NCBI RefSeq assembly: GCF_963921235.1
Contig: NC_086102.1
Location: forward strand, 42,036,001-42,100,000
Reading direction: 5' to 3'
Source of the DNA: Mobula hypostoma
Lineage: Eukaryota
DNA: 64,000 nt
Under the pieces are notes generated by a model. That model was not told the DNA's origin and searched no databases. It saw only the letters and a list, made by a program, of their open reading frames with translations. Positions 49,531 to 64,000 of this stretch are shown in pieces (positions within the stretch are counted from its first letter, which is position 1; the number at the start of each line of letters is the position of its first letter). The position numbers and the translations under genes were made by a program.

Positions 49531-51778
49531 TTATTTAGTTTAATGGTAATTCATCAAAAAATGCCAGCATGGAAAGAGTTAAAATTTTCTGTTGATACAT
49601 GCAGAGAAAAGTTCCAAGTCAATCTGCTCCAACAATGCATTCGGATCATGGAAAAAAAAAATGGAAAAACGCTCCAATTGCACAGAGTGATTCAGAAAAA
49701 CACTCTGTGCACCAGATTATACATCAACCAACCACAGTTCCTTTGTGTATGATTGCCAAATTAGGGGTAATTTGTTGACATGGGCTTTTTAGAATGACAC
49801 TTAGGTGGATCCAACCAATGATATTTCATAATGTTTCATATTGTGGGTAAATACAACTTCCCAGTCTTGAGGAACGAGAATGTAACAATTGAAAAGATCT
49901 TCCTAGATTTTTATTTTGTCTTTTACTAAAGAAGATGACATTGCCAAGCTGAAAGATTTTTTAAAAATTTCTATTTACTTAAAGGACCTTCCACCACATT
50001 TGGTAGAATTTTTATTATTCATGCAGTCTTTTTTGAGCTCAGTTGAGTAGGAAACAGTTTCATGCTGTGAACTTGTAAAACAAACAAGAATAACTTCAAC
50101 TCCATCTGTTTCTTATTTTTAAGAGCTATCAGGAATGGGTAATCTATTTGTGATGATGTTAGGAAAATACTAATGGAGAGATGTGCATCATCTATTCCAT
50201 TCTAGGGGTGTAGGTTTTAAGTGAGAGGGGAAAGATTTAAAAGGGACCAGATGGGCAACATTTTCACACCAATGGCAGTGAGTACAAGGAATAAGCTGCT
50301 AGAGGAAGTGGTTCAGGCGCAATAGTACAATAGTATTATTTAAGAAGCATTTTGATAGGTACATGGGTGGTGGGTGGGTGAGGCTTGGAGGGATAAGGAC
50401 CGAACATAGGAGTCCAGATATACATAGCTACCTATCGTACCTGCGAAGTGCAGCATGATTTTTTCTTTGGAAGGAGAGAGAGAAATGTTTGAGCTAAAAA
50501 AACAACGCAGTGCATGTTTCTGTGAAAGGGGAGAGAAATGGTTGGGTTAAAATAATGGCAGAAAATAGACAGAGTTAACAAGCAACAAGTACAGCCACAG
50601 GTTCATAAACAGTGAATATTGGGTGATAACATGCATAAATTTTAAAAAAGCAGAAATGACTGGCTATATTGGAAAGATAGATATATTTGATTGCACAACA
50701 GATGTACACTAAATGAATTGAACAGTATTTTGAAGCAAATGAAATAGTCAACGAAAAGAGAGTGCCAGTGTTTTTTTTACAGAATATTACAGGCCCTTTG
50801 GCCCACAATGTTGTGCTGACCAAATAACCTACTCCAGAAACTGCCTAGAATTTCCCTAGCGCATAGCCCTCTATTTTTCTAAGCTCCATGTACCTATCTA
50901 AGAGTCTCTTAAAAAATCCTATTGTATCCACTTCCACCACCGCTGTTGGCAGTGCATTCCACGCACCCACCACTCTGTCTGTGAAAATCTTACCCCTGAC
51001 ATCCCCTTGGTACCTATTTCCAAACATCTTAAAACTATGCCCCCTCCTGTTAGCCATTTCAGTCCATTTCTGTCTATCCACATGATCAATGCCCCTCATC
51101 AACTTATATACCTCTATCACCTTCCGTCGCTCCAGGGAGAAAAGGCCAAGTACACTCAACCTATTCTCATAAGGTATGCTCTCCAATCCAAGCAACATCC
51201 TTATAAATCTCCTCTGCACTCTCTCTATAGTATCACATCTTACCGGTAGTGAGGTGACCAGAACTGATCATAGTACTCCAAGGTGGGATCTGACCAAGGT
51301 CTTATATAGCTGTAACATTACCTCACGGCTCTTGAATTCAGTCCCACGGTTGATGAATGCCAGCACACCATACGCCTTCTTAACAACACTGTCAACCTGC
51401 GCAGCAGGTCCTGTGGACATGGACCTCAAGATCTCTCAGATCCTCCACACTGCCAAGAGTCTTATCATTAATATTATATACTGTCTTCAAATTTGACCTA
51501 CCAAAATGAATGACTTCACACTTATCTGGTTTGAGGTCCATCTGCCACTTCTCAGCCCAGTTCTGCATCCTGTTGATGTCCCACTGTATCCTCTGACAAC
51601 CCTCCAGACTATCCACAACACCCCCAACCTTTGTGTCATCAGCAAACTTACTAACCCACCCTTCTACTTCCTCATCCAGGTCCTTTATAAAAATCACAAA
51701 GAGGAGGGGTCCCAGAACAGATCCCTGTGGAACACCACTGGTCACCGTTCTCCATGCACAATATGAACTATCTACAAC

Positions 51779-52555
51779 TTTTCCATCTTTATTCCATCTA
51801 TTTCTATTTTTAATATCTCTATTTTTCCCTTTCAGGGTTCTTTTGAAGACCTTGACCTGGAGTTACATGCTGAATACGGTTCTTTGTGGGAATGGGACCC
51901 GCTCTTGAGTTTCATGACTGGCTGTTATTCGGCACACCAAGGGCTCGGCCTGAGAGCTCAGCTCGCCTTCTGAGGACCAAGATCTTGTGGCTCTGGAGAT
52001 GGGCGGATTGAAGGTTGGTGTCACGGCAGGAGATTGGTGTGCCATCGTGGGAGTTGGAAGATCTACGCTGTGTGCCCAGAGACCCGAGATCTTTGGGCAC
52101 AGAGCTTGGAAAAAGCGACACAATGGACTTTTAACATTGTAAACCAGTGAGTTATTTGTTATGCCTCTCCTCTCGCTGTGAAACGGAGACATCTCTTTCT
52201 CCTTTATTAGGGAGAGAGAGAGAGTCTGTGGTATGTCGAATACCAGGTGAACGAGTAGTCTTTGGGGTACTGCAAGTCTATGTCTTTGCGGTTGCTTTGC
52301 TGCATGCTTGAGTGCTCGGTCGCAGGTGCCAATGCTTTTTTTTTGCCGGTGGGAGGAAGGGGGATTGTTGCTTGCTGTCACTTACACACGGGAGGGAGGG
52401 GAGCTGGGGGAGGTACTTTTGGGTTCTAACATTTAACTGTCATTCATTCTTTGGAGGCACTCCTCTGTTTTCTAGATGTTTGTGAAGAAAAAGCATTTCA
52501 GGATGTATATTGTATACATTTCTCTAACATTAAATATACCTTTGAAACCTTTGAA
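51779..52555 (+). mobile_element. Non-autonomous LINE-dependent element inserted in CR1
   Basis: It interrupts the CR1 RT and has no ORF. The tail is attaaatatacc-tttgaaacc-tttgaa. It is related to 56486-57262. Confidence 0.6.
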
Positions 52556-54366
52556 ACCACTCTTAGCCTTCTGTGGACAAGCCAGATCTGGTTCCACAAA
52601 GCAAAGTTTCCTGGATCCCATGCCACCTTACTTTCTGAAGGAGCCTTGTATGGGGAACCTTATCAACTGCCTTACTGAAATCCATATACACTACATCCAC
52701 TGCTCTACCTTTATCAATGTATTTTGCTACATCCTCAAAGAATTCAATGAGGCTCGTAAGGCATGATCTGCACTTAACAAAGCCATGCTGACTATCCCTA
52801 ATCAGATGAGGTATCTCCAAATGCTCATAAATCCTGCCTCTCAGGATCTTCTCCAACAACTTGCCCACCACTGAAGTCAGACTCACTAGTCTATAATTTT
52901 CTGGGTTATCTCTATTCCCTTTCTTGAACAAGGGAACAACATTTGCAACCCTTCAGTCCTCCAGTATTTCTTGCTTCCCTATTGATGATGCAAATATCAT
53001 TGCAAGAGGCTCAGCAATGTCCTCCCTCACTTCCCACAGTAGCCTGGGACAAATCTCATCTGGTCCCGGTGACTTATCCAACTTAATGGTTTCCAAAAGC
53101 TTCAGCACATCCTCTTTCTTAATGTCTATATGCTCAAGCGTTTCAGTCCAGTGTAAGTCATCCCCACAGTTGCCAAGGTCCTTTTCCTTGGTGAATACTG
53201 ATGCAAAGTATTCATTAAGTACCTCCGCTACCTCCTCTGACGCCACTTTTCCACTATCGCAGCTTGTTGGTCCTATTCTGACACAACTCATCCTCTTGCT
53301 CTTCACATACTTGTAGAATGCCTTGGGGTTTTCCTTAATCCTGCTCAGCAAGTCATGGCCCCTTCTGGCTCTCCTAATTCCATTCTTAAGCTCCATCCTA
53401 GCAACCTTGTAATTTTCTAGAACTCTAAGAGTACCTAGTTTCTTGAATCTTTCATAAGCTTTTCTTTTCTTCCTAACTAGATTTTCTTCATCCATTGTAC
53501 ACCATGGTCCTTTAACCCTACCATCCTTTTCCTGCCTCAATGAAACATACCTATGTAGAACGCCATGCAAATGTTCCCTGAACATTTGCCACATTTCTGC
53601 TGAGCATTTCCCTGAGAACACCTACTCCCAATTTATGCTCCCAAGTCCCTGCCTAATAGCATCATATTTTCCCCTTCCCCAAATTGTCTGCTCCTATCCC
53701 TCTCCAGCGCTATGGTGAGGGAGATAGAGTTGTGGTTTCTACCTCCAAAATCCCACCGAGAGATCTGACGTGTGACCAGGTTCATTTCCTAATACTAGAT
53801 TAAGTACAGCCTCTCCTCTAGTTGTCTTATCTACATATTGTGTCAGGAAAGCTTCCTGAACACTCCTAACAAACTTCACCCCATCTAGACCCCTTGCGCT
53901 AAGGAGATGCCAATCAATATTAGGAAAGTTAAAATCTCCCATCACAACCACCCTATTATTATAGCACTGATCCAGAATCTGCCTCCCTATCTGCTCCTCG
54001 ATATCCTTGTTACTATTGCGGGGGTCTATGAAAAACACTCGGTAGAGTTATTGCCCCTTTCCTGTTTCTGACTTTCCATGACTTTCTCCTTTTCTGTAGC
54101 CATGACACTATCCCTAATTAACAATGCCATGCTCCCACCTCTTTTGCTTCCCTCTCTGTTCTTTTTGAAACATCTAAAGTCTGGCACTCTCAGCAGCCAT
54201 TCCTGCTTCTGAGCCATCCCAATCTCTGTAATGGCTACAATGTCATAGTTCCACGTATTGATCCACACTCTAAGTTCATCTGCCTTGTTTATGATACTCC
54301 TTACATTAAAATAGACTCACCTCAAACCATCAGGCTGAGTGCATCTTTGCTCTGAAGTCTGTCTAT

Positions 54367-54863
54367 AAGACCATAAGATATAGGAGCAGAATTAGGCAAT
54401 CTGGCCCATCAAGTCTGCTCCGCCATTCAATCATGGCAGATCTTTTTTTCTATCTCCTCCTCTACACCAGTTCCCGGCCTTCTCCCTGTAATCTTTGATG
54501 CCATGTCTAATCAAGAACCTATCAATCTCTGCCTTAAATACACCCAAAGACCTGGCATCCACAGCTGAATGTGGCAACAAATTCTAAATTCACCACTGTT
54601 GGCTAAAGAAATTTCTCCACATCTCTGTTTTGAAAGGGCGCCCCTCTATCCTGTGGCTGTGCCCTCTTGTCCTAGACTCTCCCACCATGGGAAATATCCT
54701 TTCAATATCTACTCTGTTTAGGCATTTCAACATTCAAAAGGTTTCAATGAGATCCCCCCTTCATCCTTCTGAATTCCAGCGAGTACAGACCCAGAGCCAT
54801 CAAACGTTCCTTGTATGATAACCCTTTCATTTCTGGAATCATCCTTGTAAACCTCCTCTAGAC
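54367..54863 (-). mobile_element. CR1 3' fragment of another subfamily nested in the long CR1
   Basis: aagaccataagatataggagcagaattaggc tail, with TCTAT repeated on both flanks. Confidence 0.8.
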
Positions 54864-56107
54864 TCTATCCTTCCTCGCAAACTCCCTATAAGCTGTCTCT
54901 ACTGGTGCTCCAACCTTCTGATCTTCTGCCTCTTTAATTTGGTTTCCACCCCCTGCAAATCTAGTTTAAACCCTCCCCTATAGCATTAACAAACCCCTCT
55001 GCCAGGATATTGGTACCCCTCGAATTCAAAGATTCAAGAGCAAGTCATCATTTTTGTACGGGCTGCATCTGCCCCAGAATGATCCAGAAATCTGAATCCC
55101 TGCCCCTTGCTCCAATTCTTCAGCCACACATTTATCCTACACCTCATTCTATTCCTATACTCACTGTCTTGTGACACAGGCAGCAGTCCTGAGATTACTA
55201 CCTTTGAGGTCCTGCTTCTCAGCTTCCTTCCTAATTTCCAGTATTTTGCTTTCTGGGCCTCCACCCTTTTTCTACCTGTTTCCTAGGTACCAATATGTAC
55301 CACGACCTCTGGCTGCTCACCCTCCCATTTCAGGATTTTGTGAACGCGTTCAGACACATCACAAACCCTGGCAGCTAGAAGGCAAACTACCATCCTTGTT
55401 CCTTTTTTGCACCCTCAGAATTGCCTATCTGTCCCCCTAGTTATAATCCCCTATTACATTCAGTGTTGCTGAGTATAACAGGTGAAAAAGCATATAGTTT
55501 GCTTAGAAGTTTGAATGCTCCAACCAATCCAATCAAAATGAGAATTGCTGATATGTGAATGTAATGCAGGGACATTTAGAACTGAAACCGTTGTTGATCA
55601 CAGAATGCTTTAGGTTTCATAAGCAGAATCAAAAGCAAGGGGCTTCCGTTTTTAGCTTTTGTGGCTGAACTGAAAAAAATTGTCCGAGCTTTGTCAGTTT
55701 AGTGATGGGCTTAATGGTACACTGAGATAGTTTGTGGAATCTGACAAGAAAGCATTCAAAAATGGCTCCTAACTGAAGCACAATTTGTATTTAAAAGAGC
55801 AGTTGAAATAGCTGTAGCAATGGAAACAGCAGTTAGAGATGCAATTGAGTTGCAGTCAGGATTGAAAGTGAACCTGAACAAAATTGCTATGTTTAAACCA
55901 AAAACTGCCTACATGAACAAATTGTGTTACCATTGTGGCAGGGGCTCACATACACAAGATCAATGCAGGTTCAAATGCAAAACTTGCAGAAAATGCAATG
56001 AAGTACTATACATACAAAGAACATGTTGAGCAGACCAAAATAATCCAACTGTACAGGAAGAGAAAAAGATAAAAAGTCAAGTTCCAATTTCAAAAGGAGC
56101 ACTAATT

Positions 56108-56385
56108 GGTGTGGTAAGGTGAAATGGTTTGCACAATGCTTTACAGTACAGGCAACCCAGGTTCAATTCCCACTGCTGCCTGTCAGGAGTTTGTACCTCT
56201 GTGACTGCATGGGTTTTCTCTGCATGCTTCAGTTTCCTCCCACAGATCAAAAATATATCAGTTAATAGGTTAATTTGTCACTGTAAATTGTCCCATGTTT
56301 AGGCTAGGGTTAAATCATAAGATTGCTTGGCAGCGTGGCTTGAAGTGCCAGAAGGGCCTATTCCATGTTGTAAATATAAAAATAA
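56108..56385 (+). mobile_element. V-SINE nested in Gypsy gag
   Basis: B-box ggttcaattccc and V-domain agtttcctcccacag. Confidence 0.8.
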
Positions 56386-56485
56386 TCTGCAAACTGTTGA
56401 TGAAAAATCTGATAATGACGAGGGCGACATGGGGCTGAGTAGCCTTAAGAGTTACAATGTGAAAACTAGCAAGAGACCATCAATG

Positions 56486-57262
56486 GTTCAATTTAATATC
56501 AGAGAATATATACATTATACAACCTGAAGTTCTTAACCTTCACGGATATGCATGAAACAGTAAAAACCCAAAAGAATGAATAATTGAAAACGTTAAAACC
56601 CCAAAGCCTCCCATCCCCCTCCCACACAGAAGCAGCTGAGAAACATCAACCCTCCCCCTCCCCCTTCCCCCCACCTGCTCCAGCAAAGGCATCACCCTCC
56701 CCTCCCCCACCACCCACCGTGCAAGCAATAGCAAAGCCCCAAAAGAGACCATGATCTACAGTCCATGAAAAACTACTGTCCACCCCAATACTTTGTCATC
56801 TCAGAGAGGTTCTCGCTCTCTCACTAGTAAAGGAGAGAGAGATATCTTTCCTGCAACAAGAGAGGAGACCAGCAGTTCACTGTTTTGATGTTACAATATG
56901 CCACATTGCTTGTCTGAGTTCTCTGCCTGAGAATCAACCGACTCTCACTCACCTCTGAGAGGGAGAGAGATCGCTCGAGTGCTGGGGTCCTCCAACAACA
57001 GTGCACACCACTTGCTGTGTCGCTGTTCCGGTCTCCCGCGACTCCTCAGTTGCACCAGGAGATATCGAAACGCCAGGCCACACAGCAGGTCTGAGATCGA
57101 GAACCTACTGCCTGTGGAAAACCATAGTTTGAACTGCAGCTGTAGATTACAGACTCCGAAAGGACGCCAGCCACCTTGAAAGTAAAAGGAAAGACTTGAA
57201 AAAAAAAAGAGGAAACTGTTTCACGGATGAATTACGTCTGCAAAAACCTTTGGTGCCATCTT
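56486..57262 (-). mobile_element. Non-autonomous LINE-dependent element nested in Gypsy
   Basis: The minus strand starts AAGATGGCACC (YY1-type motif) and ends attaaattgaacc. Its 3' part resembles 52250-52555. Confidence 0.6.
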
Positions 57263-60240
57263 TTGTTCCTCTGACTCCAAAAGAAATGATAATGAACAGT
57301 GTGAGGTGGCTTTCCAAAAGGCAAAGGAAATGGTGACATCAGACACTGTACTCACACATAATGATCTTCATTGCCCAGTGAAGCTTATGGTATAGATGCA
57401 GTCATGTCACATGTTATGAGTGATTGAACTGAATGACCTTTACATCATGTTCCCTTCCTGATGCAGAGAAGAATTACGCACATATTAACATAAAGGCCTT
57501 GAGTCTTGTTTGGGGTGTAAAGCATTTCAACCAATACTTGTATGGGAGAGAGTTTTCCCTCATCACTGATCATCAGCCACAGGTATCTACTTTCAATTCG
57601 CGGAAGGGTGTTCCGCTAACAGTAACAGCACAAATACAGAGATGGGCTCTGCTCCTTGGAACGCAATTTCAGGATTGAATTCTAGAGGGCGACTAATCAT
57701 GGGAATGCCGATGGATTATCCTGTTTACCCTTGTGAAAGGAAATACCTGGAAATTTACAAAAGAAGACACTCCCATTGACATATCCCCCCAGTGGAAATC
57801 TGAATCTTCCTATGATGGCAGAGGTTTCCAAAGGGAAGCCAGAAAATACCCCACACCATCTCAGGTCTACTTGGCAACACAGATTGGCTGGAAAGTGCAG
57901 CAGAAATTCCAGTTTCCTCATTTTTTGCCAGTGCTGGGATGAATTTGCCCTTCAAGGCGTTTGCCTTATGTGGGAATTGAGAATTGTACTACCTAAGCTG
58001 AAAACTAAAGTGTTGGAAGAGCTACCTCTAAGTGTGGTCAAAATAAAAACATTGACTTGGAGCTTTGTCTAGTGGCCTGCTATAGATCAGATGATCGAGC
58101 AGCTCGCCAAGCACTGTTCAGGATGCCAGCACGTCCAGAAGATGCCAAGAGCAGCGTCTCGCTATCCCTGGGAATGGCTTGCATTTTCCTAGCAGAGGAT
58201 TCAAGTGGATTTTTCTGTGCACAGATTTGTTGGTACTAATGGATGCAGCTACAAAGTGGCCAGAAGTGTCCCTAATAGCAAACACTACAGCCTCACACAC
58301 TGTTAATGTGATGAGAAATCTCTTCTTAATGACTGATGTTCCAGAACACTTAGTGACAATGGACCACAGTTTATTGTGGAACAGTTCCAGTCTTTCCTGA
58401 AAATGAATGGAATAAATAGCTTGGCGTAAAGGTTTGTCCAGAGTCTAAAGAACACACTGCAAGCTATGCCAGCGGAACACTGTACTCTGAACCAGAAGCT
58501 CACTAATTTCCCCTTTGCATATCACAATGCAGCAAACTCCGCAACCAACAGCTCACCAGCTAAGCTGTTCCTGGGTCGTCCCTTGTGTTCATGCTTGGAT
58601 CTCCTCAAAACTATCTCAGAAGGAGTATGCGGGACAAACAGCTGAGACAAATTGAGGGCTCCTCAAATGAGGAGGTTCAGTGTTTCACTCCTGGACAAGC
58701 AGTCCTGGTGAGGGACTACAGAGATGCTCAGAAGTGTGTCCTTGGAAAGATTAAGGACAGAACTGGACGACCCTCCTACACAGTGGAGATTACATCTGAT
58801 GTCATCTGGAGACAACACGTTGATCAGTTGAGGAGAGCAGAGTCAACTGTTAGAGAAGGAAGGTGTCGAGAGCTGTCAGAAGCACTTCCTCCAGTCCTCT
58901 AGCTCCTCTAACCACCAAGGAGGAGGCCCCAGAACCTGAGACTGGTTCACAGCCATGAGTCTCACCTGCCAAGGAGCAAGACCTCGCCCCTCCCGGCCTT
59001 TTATTAGGAAAGTTGTTAAAGTCGTAATCCCACAAGAGTGAGAAATCCTCCATTGCAAATATATCTTTAGGCCAGAATGGGACAATTTGAAATTTACAAT
59101 GCTGTGGATGTCTGTATATTAGATGTATAATATAGTATGTGTATATAGGTATATATTGAACAATATCTGAGATCTCGATCCAGACTGTGCTGAATCCTCA
59201 AGCTCCCAGGCCTTTGGTAGAGGATCATATGTATATAATGACAAGAAAGCAATATGTTACAAATTTAAGTTGAAATGCATTCTATATTGAGTTGGATTTT
59301 AGAGCTTAGCAGGGACAAGTGCAGCGTAATTAGTATCTCAGTAATATTTGAGTATAATTGTAAATATATTGTTTGATTAAGCATTCTTTCTTTGTTATTA
59401 TGGGTTATAGTTCAAGTTCAAGTTTAATTGTCATTCAACCATGCATGAATACCCATGAATATATGTAAGAAATACTTAAATGACATACATCATTACTCCA
59501 GCACGTCATATGTGAGTACCTCACTGAAGAAAAAGTATGTAGACAAAGCATATCCCGGATCCAGTGTATTTCTTTTCATTAGTTTCTGGAGTTACAAAAC
59601 ATGACAAGTACATCACATTCTGAGCCTGAAGTTCATTCATTACCATCAATGGAACTGAATTCTGGATGCAGAGTACAGCTGCTAAGTGACGTGTTTCCAA
59701 CTGCCAAGCAGTTATTCTGGAATGAAGTGATTACTGAACTTCACCATGGACAGCTCAACACAGATTTAGCTGAGGGGTGGAAGAGAAGTAAGATGAAAAT
59801 GGAAGATGCCTGGCAAAATACTTTTGATGATGTTATCATTGTAGGGTAAGGAGGAGAAAATAAAGGATTGGGTGGAGGGGTAATTGAATTTCATGTTACC
59901 CCATAGTCCATGAAGTGTTATGCTGATGTTATTCCAGTTTCTCACTTGCTATGATTTTCACGCCTTACCCTTATTCTGTCATTGCCAGTCATATAAACCA
60001 CCAGGTCACGAAGCATACCTTTATAAATCAAAGCTTGACCTGTTGCATGCAGGTCAAAACTAATCACCATTCCGCATTTAGTTACTGCCTGCCTGCCTGC
60101 CAAGTGCCTTTGTGTATCCTTGTGTTTCTGTGTAGTGATGCGCCAATGTTTGCCGTGTAGCTGGTGAATTTCAATGCAGGAAACGCACGAGACTTCGGAA
60201 AATGCTACAGTTAGAAACTAGGCATTAATGATCAGGCTGT

Positions 60241-61590
60241 AGACCATCAGACCACAGAAGCAGGATTAGGCTATTTCACCCACTGAGTCTGCTCTGTCAT
60301 CCGATCATAGCTGATTTATTTTCCCTCTCAACCTCATTCTCCTGCTTTTTTCCCATAACCTTTGATACTCTTTCAAATCTAGAACCTATCGACATCCGCT
60401 TTAAATGTACCCAATGAGTTGGCCTCCAAAGTCAACAGTACCATAGAAATTCACCACCCTCTCACTGAAGAAATTCCTCATCATCCCTGTTCTAAAGGGA
60501 TGTCCCTGTATTCTGATGCTGTGCCCTCTGGTCCTAGACACTCACACTCTTGGAAACATCCTCTCTGTGTCCACATCCAACTCTATCTAGGCCTTTCAAT
60601 ATTCAGTAGGTTTCAATGAGATTCTTCCTTCATTCTTCTTGTGAGTGCAGGCGCAGAGCCATTAAATGCTCCTCATATATTAACCCTTTCATTTCCAGGA
60701 TCATTCTCATGAATCTGCTCTCCAATGCCAGCATATCCTTTATTAGATATGGGCCCCAAAGCTGCTCACATTACTCCAAATGTTGTCTGACCAATGTCTC
60801 AGCATAACATTCTAGTCTTCATTACTACCGACTCAACCTGCAAGTTAACCTTTTGAAAATCCTGCATTAGGACTCCCAAGTCGCTTTGCACTTAAGATTT
60901 CTGAATTAGCTCCCCATTTAGAAAATAGTCTATGCCTTTATTCCTTCTGTCAAAATGCACTTCCCTACACTCTATTCCATCTGCCACTTCTTTGCTCAGT
61001 CTCCTAATTTGTCCAAGGCCTTCTGCAGAGTCCCCGCTTCCTCAACACAGCACTCCTCCTTTTTTATCATCTGCAAACTTGACCCCAAAGCGTCAATTCT
61101 ATCATACAAATTATTGACATATAATGTTAAAAGATGCTGTCCCAAAACCAACACCACTAGTCACCAGCAGCCAACCAGAAAAGGCCCCATTTATTCCCAC
61201 TCATTGTCTTCAGCCAGTCAGTCAATCATCTGTCCATGCTGGTATTTTTTCTGTAATACCATTGGCCACATGTGTGGCACTTTGACAAAAGCTTTCTGAA
61301 AATCCAAGTAGATAATATCCGCTGACTCTTGTTGGCCTATCCTGCTTGCTATTTCCTCAAAGAATTCCAACAGATTTGTGAGGCAAGATTTCCCCTCAAG
61401 GAAACCATGCTGACCTTGCCTATTTTATTGTGTGCCTCCAAGTACCCTGAAACCTCATCCTTAATAATGGACTCTTTCTGACCACTGAACTTTGGCTGAT
61501 TAGCCTATAATTTTCTGTCTTTTGCCTCCCTCCTTTCTTAAGGAGAGAAGTGTCTTATGCAATTTTTCAGACCTCTGGAACTATTCCATG
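60241..61590 (-). mobile_element. CR1 LINE RT plus 3' UTR fragment
   Basis: Same tail family as 54367 (agaccatcagaccacagaagcaggattaggc), with minus-strand YLDFQKAF-type sequence at ~61290-61312. Confidence 0.85.
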
Positions 61591-62539
61591 TATGGGTGAC
61601 ATTAGTGGGTGAAAAGACACATTTTGAAAGAGGATGGCTACTTCGTACTTGATCAAGCCATCAGCTGTGTATTGGAAAGGGATCCTGTCACCTGACTACT
61701 GAGATACCAGACAAACTGCTCAGGCATTCGTATCCACAGCGAAGATATCCACTGCAAAACAGATGCATGCGCTTTGCTAGCAGCACCCATTTGTTGAGTA
61801 GCTGTTCCTGGTTCTGCAAAAAATTATGATATAGCCAACATGATTTATAGAAAAAGGTTGGTGTCAGAGGTCTGTTGCAGGGCTAATGCATTACTGATCT
61901 CTAAGTAGGAGGGCAGAGCATATCCAGGGAATTATAGGACAGACAGATTAATATCAGTATAATAAAGAAATCCGCATTAATTGTGAGAACAGAAAAATAA
62001 CAAACAACAAGTATCAATACTCCAAAAGGGAAAGTAATGTCCAATCAGCTTTACTAATTTGAATGGATAACAGAGAATGTAGAGAGGGTTAATGTAAAGT
62101 AACATTGATAATTTCAAAGGGCCTTTGATAAGGTACCCTATAAATGTCTAATGAATGAGGTCAGGGAACTCAGCCAGGTCACAAGAAGCAGAAGGAAATA
62201 TTGTCTGGCTTCAAATCTGAAAGTAGGAAATGAGAGCAGAGTATAGTTATTCAGAGTGGAAGGAGCTGGGTAGTGCTCTCCTATAAGGATCAGTGACTGG
62301 ATCTCGGCAATTCATAACTTATGTTGATCATTTAAACCACAGAATCTAAAGCACAATTTCTAATGCGCAGTTGATATCCAATTGTAGAGGAGTGTTAATG
62401 CTGAAGGGAGCTGCAATAAATTTTAAGTGACATTAATAAACTTGTTAAAGAGGCAAGTAATTGTCAAACAATGTTCAATAGATAATCAGAATGTTTGCCA
62501 GGGTGGACATGACAAATACTACAGAGCATAGCTTTAAGA

Positions 62540-62605
62540 CAGGGTTCCACGGATCCCTTAATTAATGGTAGTGGTCTATGGCATAAAAAGAGTTGGGAAC
62601 TCCTG
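62540..62605. mobile_element. Tiny hAT/Charlie-type MITE
   Basis: CAGGGTTCC...GGAACTCCTG termini and 8-bp flanks CTTTAAGA/CCTTAAGG. Confidence 0.6.
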
Positions 62606-64000
62606 CCTTAAGGTGAGGAAATTTACAAGGCACTTTTTTTTACACAGAGTGTTAGGTACCCTGAACATGCTTCAGTGGAGGCAGGTACAGTAACAATCTT
62701 TAAGAGGCATTTAGAGAGCCACATGAACATGCTGGGAATTGGGAGATATGCACCAGTCAGGCAGATAGCAACGGTTAAGATTGGCACAATGGTTGGTACA
62801 GGCATTGTAGGTTGAAGGGCAGTTTCCTGTACAGCCCTGTTCTATCTAAATATATTTCCATAGGATGAATGAAGAGATTTCTTATTACTAGGAAGACGCA
62901 AATCCTGTTGGGGTAAAGGGACCAGGAATACAGCAATTGCTACAATTTTTTCTGTAGATTAGCAAGATCATAAAGAAAGCAAACCAGACACTTGGGGTTT
63001 TTAGTAAGGATAGAATTTAAAACAGAAAACTTTGCTTGATCTGTTTCAAACCTCGTTTGGAGCAGATGTGAGCCACTGCCTACTGCATAAAAGGGAAATG
63101 GAGTAGATGCAGAGATTTACAAGGATTATATCAGAAATGCAAGGGCATGCATGTTACTAAAGGACAGATGGACTTTACTCCCAAGAAAAAAAAAGGCTAC
63201 GGTGACTTATTGTACAATAGGGAAAACTTCATTTTGGATATCCATGTGGTATCTCCCTGTGAGATATCCAATGATTGTCATTCGGTTCCTCTCCATTTTA
63301 TTTCATTGCTTAGCCAAACTATCTGTCTTCTGTTTCAAAGAGAAAAGTGCATCAGGAGTGAATTGTTTTAAGGAAAGAACACCCTCTGTGGCTTATAAAG
63401 CAATAAAAAAAAATCAGTGGAATAAGAGAAGCAAAAACCAGAAACTGCTGTAAACACACAGTAGGGGAGTCAGCATCTGTGAAAGAGAAACAGATTCAAT
63501 GTTTAAGGTCAAAAGTTTTCTTCACTGAAACAGTAACAGTTTTGTTTTCCATGGATGCTATTTAACTTGCTGAGTGTTTACATCAAGTTCTGTTTATTTC
63601 AGGCTTACAGTAGTGCAGCTTTTTGATTTCTGTTGAGGTGAACAGCAGGATATCTATGGCTATTGCTAAGAATTTGTGGAACAAGGTCTTAACAACAGCC
63701 ATTCTAATAACGATCTGTACATCTTTTACATGCTTTTAGCCATGTCAGTCCCTGATCACCTATGAGTGGCTCCTTCAGTCTCTAGTTATACATCATATTG
63801 CCTGTGTGCAAGACTTATTTATGATAACCATCCCAAAACCTTCTCCAAACACTAGGCTCTGCCTCATGTGCTGGAGGCTGTGTTTTACCGGTATTCCTAA
63901 GTGGGTCTGATTTGTGCAGCTAATCATCTACACTGTTTATACCAAACGCATGGAGAATCATATTAATTCTTGGCTAGCACAACATTGAATTACCACTTGC

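Larger units (their letters stand above)
50780..55455 (-). mobile_element. Long decayed CR1 LINE: ORF1 esterase relic, APE endonuclease and RT, with nested insertions
   Basis: Peptides SKVVISGLLPV...GFRFLDH (ORF1 SGNH-like), YDIVAITE, VVVMGDFNFPNIDW, DSQHGFVKCRSCLTSLIEFFE...YMDFSKAVDKVPH and SGVPQGSVLGPLLFVIFI...KFADDTK. Confidence 0.95.
55460..59601 (+). mobile_element. Decayed Gypsy/Ty3 LTR retrotransposon (gag, RNase H, integrase, PPT and 3' LTR at 59320-59601); RT mostly deleted
   Basis: Zn knuckle CYHCGRGSHTQDQC, RNase H AEKNYAHINIKALSLVWGVKHFNQYLYGREFSLITDHQP and integrase LVLMDAATKWPEV. The purine tract agcagggacaag precedes TG...CA. Confidence 0.9.

Noticed and set aside
47100-50200. 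AT-rich unique block as a 3' UTR or conserved element
   Set aside because: No linked terminal exon or diagnostic motif is visible without comparative data.

Overview
Repeat-dominated vertebrate genomic DNA, most likely from a cartilaginous fish (ray or shark). This is inferred from HE1/V-SINE-type tRNA SINEs plus abundant CR1, Rex/Babar and Neptune-type Penelope-like elements. The only supportable host gene is the 5' end of an unidentified minus-strand gene. It has a CpG-island promoter (~8270-8890) with a canonical RFX X-box, a probable 3-codon first coding exon (MSE), a possible 18-nt micro-exon and a 90-nt internal exon, and it runs off the left edge. The remaining ~55 kb is nested transposon debris. 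The most notable system is a young Penelope-like element (PLE) family with an RT, a Cys linker and a GIY-YIG endonuclease. Its 3' tail carries a minimal type-I hammerhead ribozyme with a loop-less palindromic stem III, present in at least 7 copies and in fold-back forms. One insertion gains an in-frame ATG from its own target-site duplication, giving a stand-alone GIY-YIG ORF. Other highlights: a mariner-type palindromic MITE that captured a perfect inverted copy of its flank, a ~1.2-kb CpG-rich 28-bp minisatellite born inside a V-SINE, and an RTE-like short element with a possible twister-ribozyme vestige. TE boundaries are by-eye estimates unless a TSD is quoted. No database searches were run.
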